From Gemmatimonadaceae bacterium (lineage in GTDB: Bacteria; Gemmatimonadota; Gemmatimonadetes; Gemmatimonadales; Gemmatimonadaceae), in NCBI GenBank assembly GCA_051859245.1, contig JBHYGA010000005.1, positions 731,537 to 795,536 of the forward strand: DNA of 64,000 nucleotides, written 5' to 3'. The position numbers were made by a program, and so were the translations under genes. Below the pieces are notes generated by a model, which worked only from the letters and a program-made list of their open reading frames with translations, searched no databases and was not told where the DNA came from. Below are positions 38,557 through 48,528 of this stretch, piece after piece. The stretch's first letter is position 1; each line of letters opens with the position of its first letter.

Positions 38557-39644
38557 TCAGCCGCGCGCTGCTGTGCCTGGCGCTGTTGTTAGCGGTGCCC
38601 ACTGCGGTTCACGCGCAGCGCGACGTGGTGCGCGCGCCCTCCGTGCCCGGCGCCGTGAATACCACGGATTCCCTCGCTGAACAAATGCGTGCTGGCGTGC
38701 CGAGCGGCGCGCAGCGCTTTGATCAAGGCCGCTTCACGGTCGTCGCTTACGCCTCCGACACGAAGTTGGCGCGCACAATGCTGTCCGCGGCGCTTCGGAA
38801 TGACACGTTTCCCGGCATTCGCCGACCGCGCGCCAGAGTGCTGATCGCAATCGCACCTGATGAAGCCCGGTTCCGCGCCTGGGCCGGTCCTTCGGCGCCG
38901 GAGTGGGGCGCGGCGGTGGCGTTCCCGTCGCTCCAGCGTGTGATCATGCAGGGCGCGCGCGCGGGCAGTGACGCCGGTGACCCCACCGCAGTGCTGCGGC
39001 ATGAGCTGGCGCATCTGGCGTTGTATGAGGCCATGGGTGACCTGCCTACGCGGTGGTTCGACGAAGGCTACGCCAGTGTGGCGGCAGGCGAGTGGGGGCG
39101 GGAAGAGGCGCTGGCGGCCAGCGTGGGGCTCGCGATCCGGGGCGTGCCCACGTTGGAGCAGTTGGAGCTGCTCTTTTATCGCGGCGCGAGTGATGCGCAG
39201 ATGGCGTATGCACTGGCGCATCGGGCCGTGGCCGATTTGCAGGCGAGAGATCCGTCCAATGGACTGCGTGTGTTCCTCGACACCTGGCGGTCGACCGGCT
39301 CGTTTGAGCAGGGGGTGCGCCGCGCGTACGGAATGACGTCAGCCGATTTCGAGAAGGACTGGCAGCGCGTGACGAGACGTCGCTATGGGACCCTGGCGCT
39401 TCTGGCCAATCTGTCGCTCGCGTTTGGCGTGTTCGCGCTGGTGCTTGGGCCGCTGGTGTACCAGCGCCGCAAGCGCGACAAGGCGCGCCTCGAGGCCATG
39501 CGTGTGGCGGACGCGGCGCAGGAGGCCGCGTTGAGGCAGAGCATGCTCGAGGCGATGCTGGCGGCGGACGTTTCGGCGGAGCCGCAGAGCGATGCGACAA
39601 TGTCCAGTACAGACGAAACATTACACTCTGATGAAGTCCGTTGA
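38487..39644 (+). CDS. Peptidase MA-like zinc metalloprotease, secreted with C-terminal TM anchor
   Basis: Signal-like LLCLALLLAVPTAVHA, LRHELAHL (HExxH), PTRWFDEG third ligand, C-terminal TM followed by RRKR. Start ambiguous. Confidence 0.75.
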   Translation: MGQAVRRGAGGDRTRGATSARGVVSRALLCLALLLAVPTAVHAQRDVVRAPSVPGAVNTTDSLAEQMRAGVPSGAQRFDQGRFTVVAYASDTKLARTMLSAALRNDTFPGIRRPRARVLIAIAPDEARFRAWAGPSAPEWGAAVAFPSLQRVIMQGARAGSDAGDPTAVLRHELAHLALYEAMGDLPTRWFDEGYASVAAGEWGREEALAASVGLAIRGVPTLEQLELLFYRGASDAQMAYALAHRAVADLQARDPSNGLRVFLDTWRSTGSFEQGVRRAYGMTSADFEKDWQRVTRRRYGTLALLANLSLAFGVFALVLGPLVYQRRKRDKARLEAMRVADAAQEAALRQSMLEAMLAADVSAEPQSDATMSSTDETLHSDEVR

Positions 39645-39669
39645 CAGCTACTTCATGCGAGTCTAGGGT
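39641..39669 (+). promoter_or_regulatory. Putative sigma70 promoter for small ORF and tRNA-Val
   Basis: TTGACA (39641-46), 17-nt spacer, TAGGGT (39664-69). Confidence 0.55.
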
Positions 39670-39675
39670 TCCGCG

Positions 39676-39855
39676 ATGATTGTTGCGTCACCGACACATC
39701 GACCGCGTCGCACCGTGCTGTGGTGGGGGCTGGTTTTCGCCGCGCTGGCCGTTGGGTATGGTGATTTGTGGCGTGGTGGCATCACAATCGGGCCGATTAT
39801 GCTGGTCCTCGCCTATTGTGTGCTGGTCCCGATCGCCATCGTTCGGCGTTCGTAG
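39676..39855 (+). CDS. Small two-TM membrane protein, 59 aa (DUF3098-like; not in ORF track)
   Basis: Hand translation MIVASPTHRPRRTVLWWGLVFAALAVGYGDLWRGGITIGPIMLVLAYCVLVPIAIVRRS. Confidence 0.7.
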   Translation: MIVASPTHRPRRTVLWWGLVFAALAVGYGDLWRGGITIGPIMLVLAYCVLVPIAIVRRS

Positions 39856-39913
39856 GGAACTGCTGGTCCCGTTCAACGGTATAGCGAGGTAGACCGTAAA
39901 GGCGGAGTTCGTT

Positions 39914-39987
39914 GGGCGAATAGCTCAGTTGGTTAGAGCGCCTGCCTTACACGCAGGATGTCGGGGGTTCGAGTCCCTCTTCGCCCA
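39914..39987 (+). tRNA. tRNA-Val (TAC)
   Basis: Acceptor GGGCGAA/TTCGCCC, D arm TAGCTCAGTTGGTTAGAGC, anticodon arm CCTGC-CTTACAC-GCAGG, T loop GGTTCGAGTCC. CCA not encoded. Confidence 0.97.
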
Positions 39988-40195
39988 TGCAGTGCCGGTC
40001 TCATGTGCTGACCGGTGAATGCTGTTCTACGTCACGATACGGTCAGCAGGTTGCCATGTCAGTCGTGCAGCAGCAACTTTTGCAGCTATTCCAGAACGGC
40101 GGTCTGTCCGTCGATCAGCGCTCCGAGTTGGTCTTGCGGCGCAATGCGCGTCGTCGAGGGTTGCTTCGGATTCACGGTGCGGAGGTACGACTTTG

Positions 40196-41914
40196 ATGGC
40201 ACGCTCTTTCCACTCGCTGCTTGTTGGCGCCGGTACGCTGGCGCTGTTTGGTGCCTCGGCTTCGGCGTCGGCTCAGCCGCAGCGCCGTCCGCCCGAGCCG
40301 AACGCCAAGTTCGTGCTCGTTGAGGTGTTTCGTGCGGCCGGTCTCCCGGAAAAGAACATCGGGGAGAAGGCGGCTGACGAAATGCGCAAGCGCGTGGAGC
40401 GCGAGTTCTCGCGCAAGGATGTCTATCTCGTCCCCAAGGAAGAGATGTCTGGCATTCTCGAGGCGTCGGGCTTCCCGGCCGACGTCCCGCTTGAGCCGCA
40501 CGACGCACGTGCGCTGGCCGCACAGCTGCGTGCCGATGAGTACATCACCGGCACGGTCACCAAGATCGACACCGGCTACACGGTCGAAGCGCACCTTGTG
40601 CTCACGCGCGACAACTCGCTCGTGCAGCCTCTTGGCGAAGCCTCTGCGAAAAAGCTCGGCGATGCTATGACTGCACTCGGCGCTGAGCTCAAGCTGGCGC
40701 GAGCGCAACTCGCGCACGAGCTGCGCTGTGTCAATGCGGCCCGCGATGGCAAGCTTGACGAAGCCGCCGCCGCGGCGCGCGAGGGCATTGCCGCGTACGA
40801 CAAGGCAGTGCTGGCGCGCGTTTGCCTCGCGAACGTTATGGTGAGCCAGAAGGCGAGCGATGCTGATCTGCTCAAGATTGCGCAGGAGATTGTGGCGCTG
40901 AGCCCCACCAGCCGGAACGGTCTGGCGCTCAAGGCGCAGGCGTTCCGCGCGCTCAATGAGCCGGATTCCGCCATTACCACGCTCACCAAGCTGCTGGCTA
41001 CCAATCCGAACGACGCGAAGTTGCAGAAGGACGTGATCGACGCGATCACTGCATTTGGTAACCCGCGCATTGCTCGTCCGATTGTAGAAGAAGCGGTTGC
41101 GAAGAACCCGGGCGATGCCGATCTGCTGCGTCTGCGGTGGCTCATTCTCTTCGCGGTACGTGACTACAAGGAAGCGTTCGAAGCGGGTGAAGACCTGGTG
41201 CGTCTCGACACGGCGTTTGCCGACACCACGTACTTCCTGAAGACGGCGGCAGCGTACGCGGCTGACAGCCAGCCGCAGAAGGCCGCCGAGTTCGCGGCGC
41301 GTGGTGTGGCGAAGTTCGCGGATCATCCGGGCTTGAACCGCGACCTTGTGGTGAACCTGCGCGCGTCTGGTCAGAATCAGCAGGCGCTTGAAGTGTTGAC
41401 CAAGGCCACGGCGGCGGGGATTGCTGTTGAGCAGGCGGGAATTATTCGCGTGCTGCTGACACGTGATCTGTCCGGCGATGTCGCGGCATGGGATGTCGCG
41501 CGGGGCATTGTCGCCAAGGGAGATTCCAGTGTCGCACCGCTGGTGCTTCAGATTGCCAAGTCGCGAATGGACTCTGCGGTGGTGAAGGCCGGAGTGAGCA
41601 AGGATCCAGCGGAGTTCGATCTTGTCATCCCAGCGCTGGCGTACGCCGACTCGCTTTCGACGGGTGAGACAAAGGCACAGGCCAAGTTCTTCTTCGGTGC
41701 GGCCAACCTGTACGCGGGACAGTATTCGGTCATCGCAGCCGCCGATCGCAAGAGCTGTGAGCTGGCCAAGACGGCCAAGAACATGTTGGTTGAAGCACAG
41801 ATCAACCTTCCTGCTGGTGGTGCGTTTGCCCCGGATCAGGTACCGAAGTTGATGGCCGGCGTCATGCAGTTCGACCAGAACGCCGATCAGATTATCGCCG
41901 CGTACTGCAAGTAA
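40196..41914 (+). CDS. Secreted TPR-like protein with possible N-terminal CsgG/TolB_N-like domain
   Basis: GGAGG RBS, signal peptide ending ASASA-Q, LAAQLRADEYITGTV alpha/beta segment, helical repeats, strongly biased codons. Confidence 0.75.
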   Translation: MARSFHSLLVGAGTLALFGASASASAQPQRRPPEPNAKFVLVEVFRAAGLPEKNIGEKAADEMRKRVEREFSRKDVYLVPKEEMSGILEASGFPADVPLEPHDARALAAQLRADEYITGTVTKIDTGYTVEAHLVLTRDNSLVQPLGEASAKKLGDAMTALGAELKLARAQLAHELRCVNAARDGKLDEAAAAAREGIAAYDKAVLARVCLANVMVSQKASDADLLKIAQEIVALSPTSRNGLALKAQAFRALNEPDSAITTLTKLLATNPNDAKLQKDVIDAITAFGNPRIARPIVEEAVAKNPGDADLLRLRWLILFAVRDYKEAFEAGEDLVRLDTAFADTTYFLKTAAAYAADSQPQKAAEFAARGVAKFADHPGLNRDLVVNLRASGQNQQALEVLTKATAAGIAVEQAGIIRVLLTRDLSGDVAAWDVARGIVAKGDSSVAPLVLQIAKSRMDSAVVKAGVSKDPAEFDLVIPALAYADSLSTGETKAQAKFFFGAANLYAGQYSVIAAADRKSCELAKTAKNMLVEAQINLPAGGAFAPDQVPKLMAGVMQFDQNADQIIAAYCK

Positions 41915-41933
41915 CGGCTTACAGTTTCAGTTT

Positions 41934-41969
41934 TACGGGCCCGCCGTCGCTTTCGACGGCGGGCCCGTA
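41934..41969 (+). terminator. Intrinsic terminator hairpin
   Basis: Perfect 16-bp stem TACGGGCCCGCCGTCG-CTTT-CGACGGCGGGCCCGTA just after the stop codon. Confidence 0.8.
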
Positions 41970-42071
41970 CATCTTTCAGGGATACGGCCAGCGCTGAAAC
42001 AGCCGCTGGCGACATCTGTTTCTCGTCCGTGTGCTCTTCCCGGGCTCGTTTCCCTCGCTACTGCTGCTTAC

Positions 42072-43022
42072 GTGACTCCGGTTCGTTCTGCGCCCGCTGG
42101 TCGTACTGGCGTCTATCATGTGCCAGTGCTGCTCGACCCCGTCCTCGTGCTGCTCGGGAATGCCCACACGGTGCTCGATTGCACGCTCGGCGGTGGTGGC
42201 CACTCGGCAGCGCTTGTAGACCAGGGCGCGCGCGTGACTGGCATTGATCGTGATCCGCGCGCCCTGGCCGCGGCACGCGAACGGCTCGCCGACGCCGAGC
42301 GAGCTGGTCGTTTTCGCGCGCTGCTCGGCAATTATGCCGATCTTGAACGTGCGGGTCTCGCCAACGCCGAAAAGTTTGACGGTATTCTGCTCGATCTCGG
42401 CGTGTCCTCGCACCAGTTCGATGATCCCGGTCGCGGCTTCACGTTTCGCGAGGGGGCACCGCTCGATATGCGCATGGGCGATGATGCGTCGGTCGATGCC
42501 GCTGGCCTGTTGAACACGATTGACGAGATCGATCTGTCTGCTCTGTTGCGCAACTTCGCGGATGAACCGCGGGCCGCGCGATTGGCGCGCGAGATCGTGC
42601 GGCGGCGTGAACGGCGGGCCTTTGCAACGGCCGATGATCTGGTGGACGCGATCCGTGCCGTGCTCGGACCGCGCAGCGGTGCGCCCGATTTCGCACGGAT
42701 CTTTCAGGCCGTGCGCATCGCGGTGAATGACGAACTCGTTGGGCTCGAGCGCGCACTGCCAGTGCTGCGTGACCGATTGCTCCCCGACGGTGTGCTGGCC
42801 ATCATCAGCTATCACTCCGGAGAAGATCGCCTGGTGAAACATGCGTTTCGGAGTTGGAGCACCGCCTGTACGTGTCCACCCCGACTCCCCATGTGCACGT
42901 GCGACAACCTGGCTCTTGGTGAGACGCTCACACGTCGGGCCATTGTGGCGGACGACACAGAAGTGGCCACGAATCCTCGTGCGCGCAGTGCCAAACTGCG
43001 TGCCTGGCGGCGCGCGTCGTAA
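42072..43022 (+). CDS. rsmH: 16S rRNA m4C1402 methyltransferase
   Basis: HVPVLL, DCTLGGGGHS, DLGVSSHQFD, RIFQAVRIAVNDEL, SYHSGEDR, NPRARSAKLR. Confidence 0.97.
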   Translation: MTPVRSAPAGRTGVYHVPVLLDPVLVLLGNAHTVLDCTLGGGGHSAALVDQGARVTGIDRDPRALAAARERLADAERAGRFRALLGNYADLERAGLANAEKFDGILLDLGVSSHQFDDPGRGFTFREGAPLDMRMGDDASVDAAGLLNTIDEIDLSALLRNFADEPRAARLAREIVRRRERRAFATADDLVDAIRAVLGPRSGAPDFARIFQAVRIAVNDELVGLERALPVLRDRLLPDGVLAIISYHSGEDRLVKHAFRSWSTACTCPPRLPMCTCDNLALGETLTRRAIVADDTEVATNPRARSAKLRAWRRAS

Positions 43023-43351
43023 TGGCCACGCGCAAGACGAAGCGCACGCCCTTTCGCGGACGGACGCTGGTGATGTTCGGATTACTTGCGTTCATGGGCA
43101 CGGCCGTTATCGTGGTGTGGCGTCGTTCGCGCGGAGTGGCCGAAGAAAACGCAATTGCAGAGCTTGATGCGCAACTGCGTGATCTGGAGGCACAGCGAGC
43201 GCTGCTGGAACGTGACCTGCGCGACGCCATGAGTTCGTCGCGCATCATGCCGGTGGCGGAGCGTCGTTTGGGTTTGCGTGTTGCGACCGATTCGCAGTTG
43301 ATCACTTTGCCGCGCCGCACACCCGCGAGTGTGCTGCCGGATTCCCTCTGA
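43022..43351 (+). CDS. ftsL: Cell division protein FtsL
   Basis: Single TM plus leucine-zipper coiled coil, located between rsmH and ftsI. Confidence 0.75.
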   Translation: MATRKTKRTPFRGRTLVMFGLLAFMGTAVIVVWRRSRGVAEENAIAELDAQLRDLEAQRALLERDLRDAMSSSRIMPVAERRLGLRVATDSQLITLPRRTPASVLPDSL

Positions 43352-43370
43352 ACACGCGCGCTGCTGATCT

Positions 43371-45533
43371 GTGAACGAACCGTCGTCCACCGCCACACCT
43401 GAAGTTGTTCGTCCGACACGCGCGCGCGCGGTGCTTTTGCATCTCTCGCTGGTGGTCTTTGCGGTGGCCCTGCTGGCCAAGGCGGCGCACGTGCAGCTAG
43501 TGCAGCGGGACATCTGGGCCCAGGAAGCGGAACGTCAGCACGTCACCGTGTCCTCACTTCCGGCACCTCGCGGCGTGATCACCGATGAGCGCGGTGAGCC
43601 GCTGGCCGTGAGCAGTGAACGTGTGCGCATTACGATCGCACCCAATCAGGTACGAGGCGCCACAAAAACCCGCAATGATCGCGATTCACTCGCGGCGCGC
43701 CTGGCGGAACTTGGTGTGTCGCGCGCGATTGTGCGCAAAGCGCTCGATAGCACGCGCAAGCATGTAGAAATTCCCGGCTTGTTTTTGCCCAGTGACGCAA
43801 GCCGGCTCATGGCGATCAGCGGTGTGCGCGGCGCGCGCACCATGGAGCGACTGCCGTCGGGGACACCAGGAATTCGTCGATTGATTGGTGCCATTGATCC
43901 GAAAGGCAAGGCGCAGAGCGGGTTGGAACTCGCACTCGATTCCATGCTCACCGGTACACAGGGCGAGCGCCGAGCGTTGCGTGATCGTCGCGGGCGGTCG
44001 TGGGATTCGCCCGTGGGATTCCGCGTGAATGCCAAGCCCGGTCACACGGTACGCCTTACGATCAATCGACCGCTGCAGGAAATCATTGAGCGCGAGTTAT
44101 TGGCCGCGATGGAGCGCACGGGTGCCAGCGGTGGTGATCTGGTGGTGCTTGATCCGAATGACGGTGCGATTCTCGCACTGGCCGGAGCGCGTGATGGTCG
44201 CATTGCGCCGTCGGTTACGCCGCTCACGCAAGCGTATCAGCCGGGCTCCGTGCTCAAGCCGATTTTTGTAGCGCGTTTGATCGAGCAGGGACGCACGACC
44301 TCCAATGCCTTGGTGAATACCGAGAACGGTCGCTGGGTCGTAGGGCCGCGCACATTCACTGACGAACACAAAGCGCCGTACATGTCGGTGTTTGATGTGG
44401 TGCGTTGGTCGAGCAACATTGGTACGGTCAAGCTGGTGCTCGAGAACATGACACCCGCGCAAGAATACGAACTGCTGCGCGACTACGGCTTTGGTGTGCC
44501 CTCCGGCTTGCCGTATCCATCGGAGTCGCGCGGCGTACTGCGTGATCCGTCGCAGTGGACGGTGCCGTCCGCGGCGTCACACGCGATTGGCTACGAACTG
44601 TCTGTCACGCCGGTGCAGCTGGCGGTGGCGTACGCGGCGCTCGCAAACGGTGGAGAGTTGCTGGAGCCGGCGATTGTGCGGGAGATTCGGAGCAGCGACG
44701 GCGCCCTCGTATTTCGTCATGATCGTCGTGTGCTGCGACGCGTCGCCACGGAGGAAGGCACGGCGGTCGTGCGCGAGATGCTCAAGGCGGTGGTGGACAG
44801 CGGAACGGGGCGTGCGGCCGGATTGGCCGCGTTTGATGTGGGTGGCAAGAGCGGAACCGCACGGCGCGTGGGAGCGCCATCCGACCGACAGTACGACGCA
44901 ACGTTCGCTGGCATGTTTCCCATGTCTGATCCGCAGCTTGTGGTTGTCGCGCGGCTGATCGAACCCAAGTCGGCGATTTTTGGTGGTGTGGTGGCTGGTC
45001 CGATGGTGCGCGGTGTGTTGCGCGGCGCGGTGGCAGCGCGCGATGCGGCGCTCGATCGCGCCGTGTTGGCCAAGGTCGCGCGAGCGGTGCCGGTGCAACC
45101 TGAGCGCGAGGCGGCAGCGGTATTGGCCTCGAGCGATCGCTCCGCAACGTTTACCGATGCAAAAGCGAGCGTGGCGATTACCAGCGCGAACGACGCGTCG
45201 GATGAAGACAGCGCGCTCACCGAACTACCGGTTGTCTCCGCGCCACGCGCGATCGAACCGGCGCCGGCGCGTGTCGTGGTCTCGTTGCCACTCGTCTCGG
45301 AGAACGCCGTCAACAACTCGGCCGCGAAAGCCAAAACGGCCAGTGCACCTGCTCGTGATGTACGCACGGTGCCAAGTGTGCGTGGACTCACGATGCGAGA
45401 GGCGGTGCGTACGTTGCACGACGCCGGATTCCGTGTGCGCACCGTGCGCGGTGTTGACGGTCGTACACGCCCGTCTGCTGGTGCGAATACGCGTGCCGGT
45501 ACAGTGGTTGTGCTTGAAACCGGGAATCCATGA
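43371..45533 (+). CDS. ftsI: Peptidoglycan D,D-transpeptidase FtsI/PBP3 with PASTA domain
   Basis: PRGVITDERG, SVLK, SSN and KSG catalytic motifs, C-terminal VPSVRGLTMREA PASTA. Confidence 0.92.
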   Translation: MNEPSSTATPEVVRPTRARAVLLHLSLVVFAVALLAKAAHVQLVQRDIWAQEAERQHVTVSSLPAPRGVITDERGEPLAVSSERVRITIAPNQVRGATKTRNDRDSLAARLAELGVSRAIVRKALDSTRKHVEIPGLFLPSDASRLMAISGVRGARTMERLPSGTPGIRRLIGAIDPKGKAQSGLELALDSMLTGTQGERRALRDRRGRSWDSPVGFRVNAKPGHTVRLTINRPLQEIIERELLAAMERTGASGGDLVVLDPNDGAILALAGARDGRIAPSVTPLTQAYQPGSVLKPIFVARLIEQGRTTSNALVNTENGRWVVGPRTFTDEHKAPYMSVFDVVRWSSNIGTVKLVLENMTPAQEYELLRDYGFGVPSGLPYPSESRGVLRDPSQWTVPSAASHAIGYELSVTPVQLAVAYAALANGGELLEPAIVREIRSSDGALVFRHDRRVLRRVATEEGTAVVREMLKAVVDSGTGRAAGLAAFDVGGKSGTARRVGAPSDRQYDATFAGMFPMSDPQLVVVARLIEPKSAIFGGVVAGPMVRGVLRGAVAARDAALDRAVLAKVARAVPVQPEREAAAVLASSDRSATFTDAKASVAITSANDASDEDSALTELPVVSAPRAIEPAPARVVVSLPLVSENAVNNSAAKAKTASAPARDVRTVPSVRGLTMREAVRTLHDAGFRVRTVRGVDGRTRPSAGANTRAGTVVVLETGNP

Positions 45534-47110
45534 CGCAGCGGAACGTGGTGCCGGGCAGCAGGATCCTCGACGCGTTGCGTGCGGCGCACCTCGTAGTGGG
45601 TGACGCGCCGCGCATGCCCGATGATGTGTTCGGTGTGACCGACGACAGTCGAGCGGTGGTCGCAGGCGGCGTGTTTGTGGCCGTGCGTGGCCATGCGAGT
45701 GACGGGCACACCTTTGTGGATCGTGCCATTGAGAGCGGCGCGTCGCTGCTGATCGTGGAAGACAGCGCCACGTATTCCGTACCAACGCTGCGTGTGAGCG
45801 ACTCGCGGCGTGCGGCGGCTGTTGCGGCGGCGGCGTTGTATGGTCGCCCGTCAGACGAGCTCCGCTTGATTGGCGTGACCGGCACCAACGGCAAGACCAC
45901 CACCGTGCATCTGGTGCGCGCACTTTTGTGTGATGTGGGCATACATGCGGCGTCTATCGGGACGCTGGGTGTGCTTGTGGGGCGCGAAGGTTCACCGCTT
46001 GAGGGCGGACAGGGACTCACGACGCCGGGCCCGGTGGAAATGCAGCGCGTCCTGCGCGCGCTGGTAGACGCAGGTGTACGCGCCGTGGCGCTCGAAGTGT
46101 CGTCGCACGCGCTTGATCAGTCGCGTGTGGAAGGACTCGCGTTTGATGTGGCGGTGTTCACCAGTTTCTCGCGTGATCATCTGGATTATCACGGTACGAT
46201 GTCGGCATACTTTGCTGCCAAAGCAAAACTCGTGGCGTTGCTCAAACCAGACGGTGTAGCGGTCGTGAACGCGATGGAGCCGGCGTGGGGTGCGTTACCG
46301 GCGGCGCCGCGACTGTTGCCGTTCGAAACGCATATGCAGGAAATCCGCGATGCCTCAGGCAAGCACACGCCAAGTTCATCACGCGCGATTGACGAGATCG
46401 TGTTGCGTGCCGAACACGTGGCGTTTGATGCGGCGGGCAGTCGTTTTGAGTTGCAGGCGCGCGATGGCTCCGCAGCCGGACTTCGTTTGCCAGCGCAGCT
46501 CCCGCTGCTGGGCGATTTCAACGTGACCAATGCAACGGGCGCGCTGGCGGCAGCGTGGGCACTGGGTGCGCCGTTTGATGCGTTGGTGGCTGCACTCAGT
46601 CACATGCCGCAGGTGCCTGGCCGACTGGAACGCTTGTTCACGGCGCCCACGGTGCTTCGTGATTATGCGCACACACCCGACGCGCTTGATCGTGCACTGC
46701 GAGCCGTCCGTCCCTTCGCGTGTACGCCAACCGGCGACGCAACGCGCGTGCTGGTTGTATTCGGATGCGGCGGTGATCGCGACCGTGGCAAGCGGCCAGA
46801 GATGGGCGCGATTGCAGAACGTCTGGCCGATGTGGTGATTCTCACCAGCGACAATCCGCGAACCGAAGACCCGGAGCGCATTCTTGATGACATCGAAGCC
46901 GGCATGACGCGCGAGAGCGCGGCGCGTGTTCGTATTGAGGATCGCCGCGCGGCGATTGCGCACGCACTGGATATCGCGGCCCCGCACGATGTGATTCTTC
47001 TCGCCGGCAAGGGCCACGAAACGTATCAGATTCGCGGAACGGAGAAACTGCATTTTGATGAAGCCGAGATTGTGGCCGAGCTTACGGCACCCATGAGAGC
47101 GCGCGAATGA
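45530..47110 (+). CDS. murE: UDP-MurNAc-dipeptide--meso-DAP ligase
   Basis: GVTGTNGKTT, LEVSSHAL, DYAHTPD, GCGGDRD, DNPR (DAP-type), LAGKGHE. Confidence 0.97.
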   Translation: MTQRNVVPGSRILDALRAAHLVVGDAPRMPDDVFGVTDDSRAVVAGGVFVAVRGHASDGHTFVDRAIESGASLLIVEDSATYSVPTLRVSDSRRAAAVAAAALYGRPSDELRLIGVTGTNGKTTTVHLVRALLCDVGIHAASIGTLGVLVGREGSPLEGGQGLTTPGPVEMQRVLRALVDAGVRAVALEVSSHALDQSRVEGLAFDVAVFTSFSRDHLDYHGTMSAYFAAKAKLVALLKPDGVAVVNAMEPAWGALPAAPRLLPFETHMQEIRDASGKHTPSSSRAIDEIVLRAEHVAFDAAGSRFELQARDGSAAGLRLPAQLPLLGDFNVTNATGALAAAWALGAPFDALVAALSHMPQVPGRLERLFTAPTVLRDYAHTPDALDRALRAVRPFACTPTGDATRVLVVFGCGGDRDRGKRPEMGAIAERLADVVILTSDNPRTEDPERILDDIEAGMTRESAARVRIEDRRAAIAHALDIAAPHDVILLAGKGHETYQIRGTEKLHFDEAEIVAELTAPMRARE

Positions 47111-48528
47111 AATCCGTACGCGCTGGCATTGCATTTGAGGCCACGGACGTTGTGCGCCCAACAACACCGCACGCGTTCTGGACGCTGCGCCGCGTGGCGG
47201 GCGCGCTTGGTGAGCAGCTGGTAACTGGACCACGCCTCGATGATCGGGCGCTGTCGGGTGTGTCCACCGACACGCGCACCATGTCGCAGGGTGCACTGTT
47301 TGTTGCGCTGCACGGCGAGCATCATGACGCGCACACCATGTTGACCGTGGCGCGTGATGCGGGCGCTGCGGCGGTGCTGGTTGAGCGGGCGGAGGCTGCG
47401 GTCGGGCTTGGCATCCCGGCGTTTGTGGTGCGTGATTCCCTCGTTGCACTCGGTTTGCTGGCGAGAGCGTGGCGCCGCACCTGGGGTGGTACCGTGGTCG
47501 CGGTTGGCGGGTCGAATGGAAAAACGTCCACCAAGGAGTTGTTGCGTTCCGCGATCGGCGCGGGATTGCGTGTGCATGCCACGGCTGGAAACCAGAACAA
47601 TCTGGTGGGTGTGCCGCTCACGTTGCTCGCCCTGCCGCCGCACTGCGATGTCGCAGTGGTGGAAGTGGGCACCAACGCGCCCGGCGAGATTGCGCAGTTA
47701 CGCGCCATCTGCGAACCGGACATTGCGGTGGTGACATCCATTGGTGAAGAGCACCTTGAAGGACTCGGCGATCTCGCGGGTGTGTTGCGCGAAGAGGCCG
47801 CCATCTTTCCCGGTGTACCGATTGCGGTAGTGCCCGCCGGCGAAGCCGATCTGGTCGCGCACGCGCGCACACACGCGACGCATGTCATCCGTGTGGGTCT
47901 TGATGCTGGCGATGTTGTGCCGGATGCCTGGTCGTTGGACGAGGAGGGACGGGTACGTTTGCTGGTCGGTGAGCATGCGATGCACCTGCCCGTGCGCGGT
48001 GCGCATCAGGCGGCCAATACAATGCTCGCCATTGCCGTGGCACAGTCGCTTGGTGTGTCCATGGATCGCGTGGGAGCGGCGTTGGCGCAGATGCCCATTC
48101 CGGCCATGCGCGGCGGCTGGGAGCGCATGGGCGAACTCACGTTGATCAATGACGCGTACAACGCCAATCCGCCGTCCATGCGTGCGGCGCTCACCCTGCT
48201 GTCGCAGCTCGGGCAGGGCCGGCAGCGCGTGGCGGTGCTCGGGACGATGCGAGAGTTGGGCGCGGCGTCGGACGCGCAGCATGACGCGGTGGCGCGGGAT
48301 GCCATCGCGGCCGGACTGGATATCATTGTGGCCGTGGGCGAGTTTGCACCAGCGTTCCAGCGCGTCGCGCCTGGTGATGCACGTGTGCGTTCGGCCACGG
48401 ACGTGGAGGAAGCGTGGTCGCAGCTTGCACCGGTGCTGTCGCGCAATGCGCTGTTGTTGCTCAAGGGTTCACGCGGCGTTCGCCTTGAACGTTTGCTGCC
48501 TTCTCTCACCACCTGGGCGACGTCCTGA
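47107..48528 (+). CDS. murF: UDP-MurNAc-tripeptide--D-Ala-D-Ala ligase
   Basis: GSNGKTSTKE, NNLVGVPLT, INDAYNANP, LLKGSRG. Confidence 0.96.
   Translation: MKSVRAGIAFEATDVVRPTTPHAFWTLRRVAGALGEQLVTGPRLDDRALSGVSTDTRTMSQGALFVALHGEHHDAHTMLTVARDAGAAAVLVERAEAAVGLGIPAFVVRDSLVALGLLARAWRRTWGGTVVAVGGSNGKTSTKELLRSAIGAGLRVHATAGNQNNLVGVPLTLLALPPHCDVAVVEVGTNAPGEIAQLRAICEPDIAVVTSIGEEHLEGLGDLAGVLREEAAIFPGVPIAVVPAGEADLVAHARTHATHVIRVGLDAGDVVPDAWSLDEEGRVRLLVGEHAMHLPVRGAHQAANTMLAIAVAQSLGVSMDRVGAALAQMPIPAMRGGWERMGELTLINDAYNANPPSMRAALTLLSQLGQGRQRVAVLGTMRELGAASDAQHDAVARDAIAAGLDIIVAVGEFAPAFQRVAPGDARVRSATDVEEAWSQLAPVLSRNALLLLKGSRGVRLERLLPSLTTWATS

Noticed and set aside
39914..40195. Integrative element at tRNA-Val
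   Set aside because: No integrase and no duplicated tRNA 3' end noticed; downstream genes are core.
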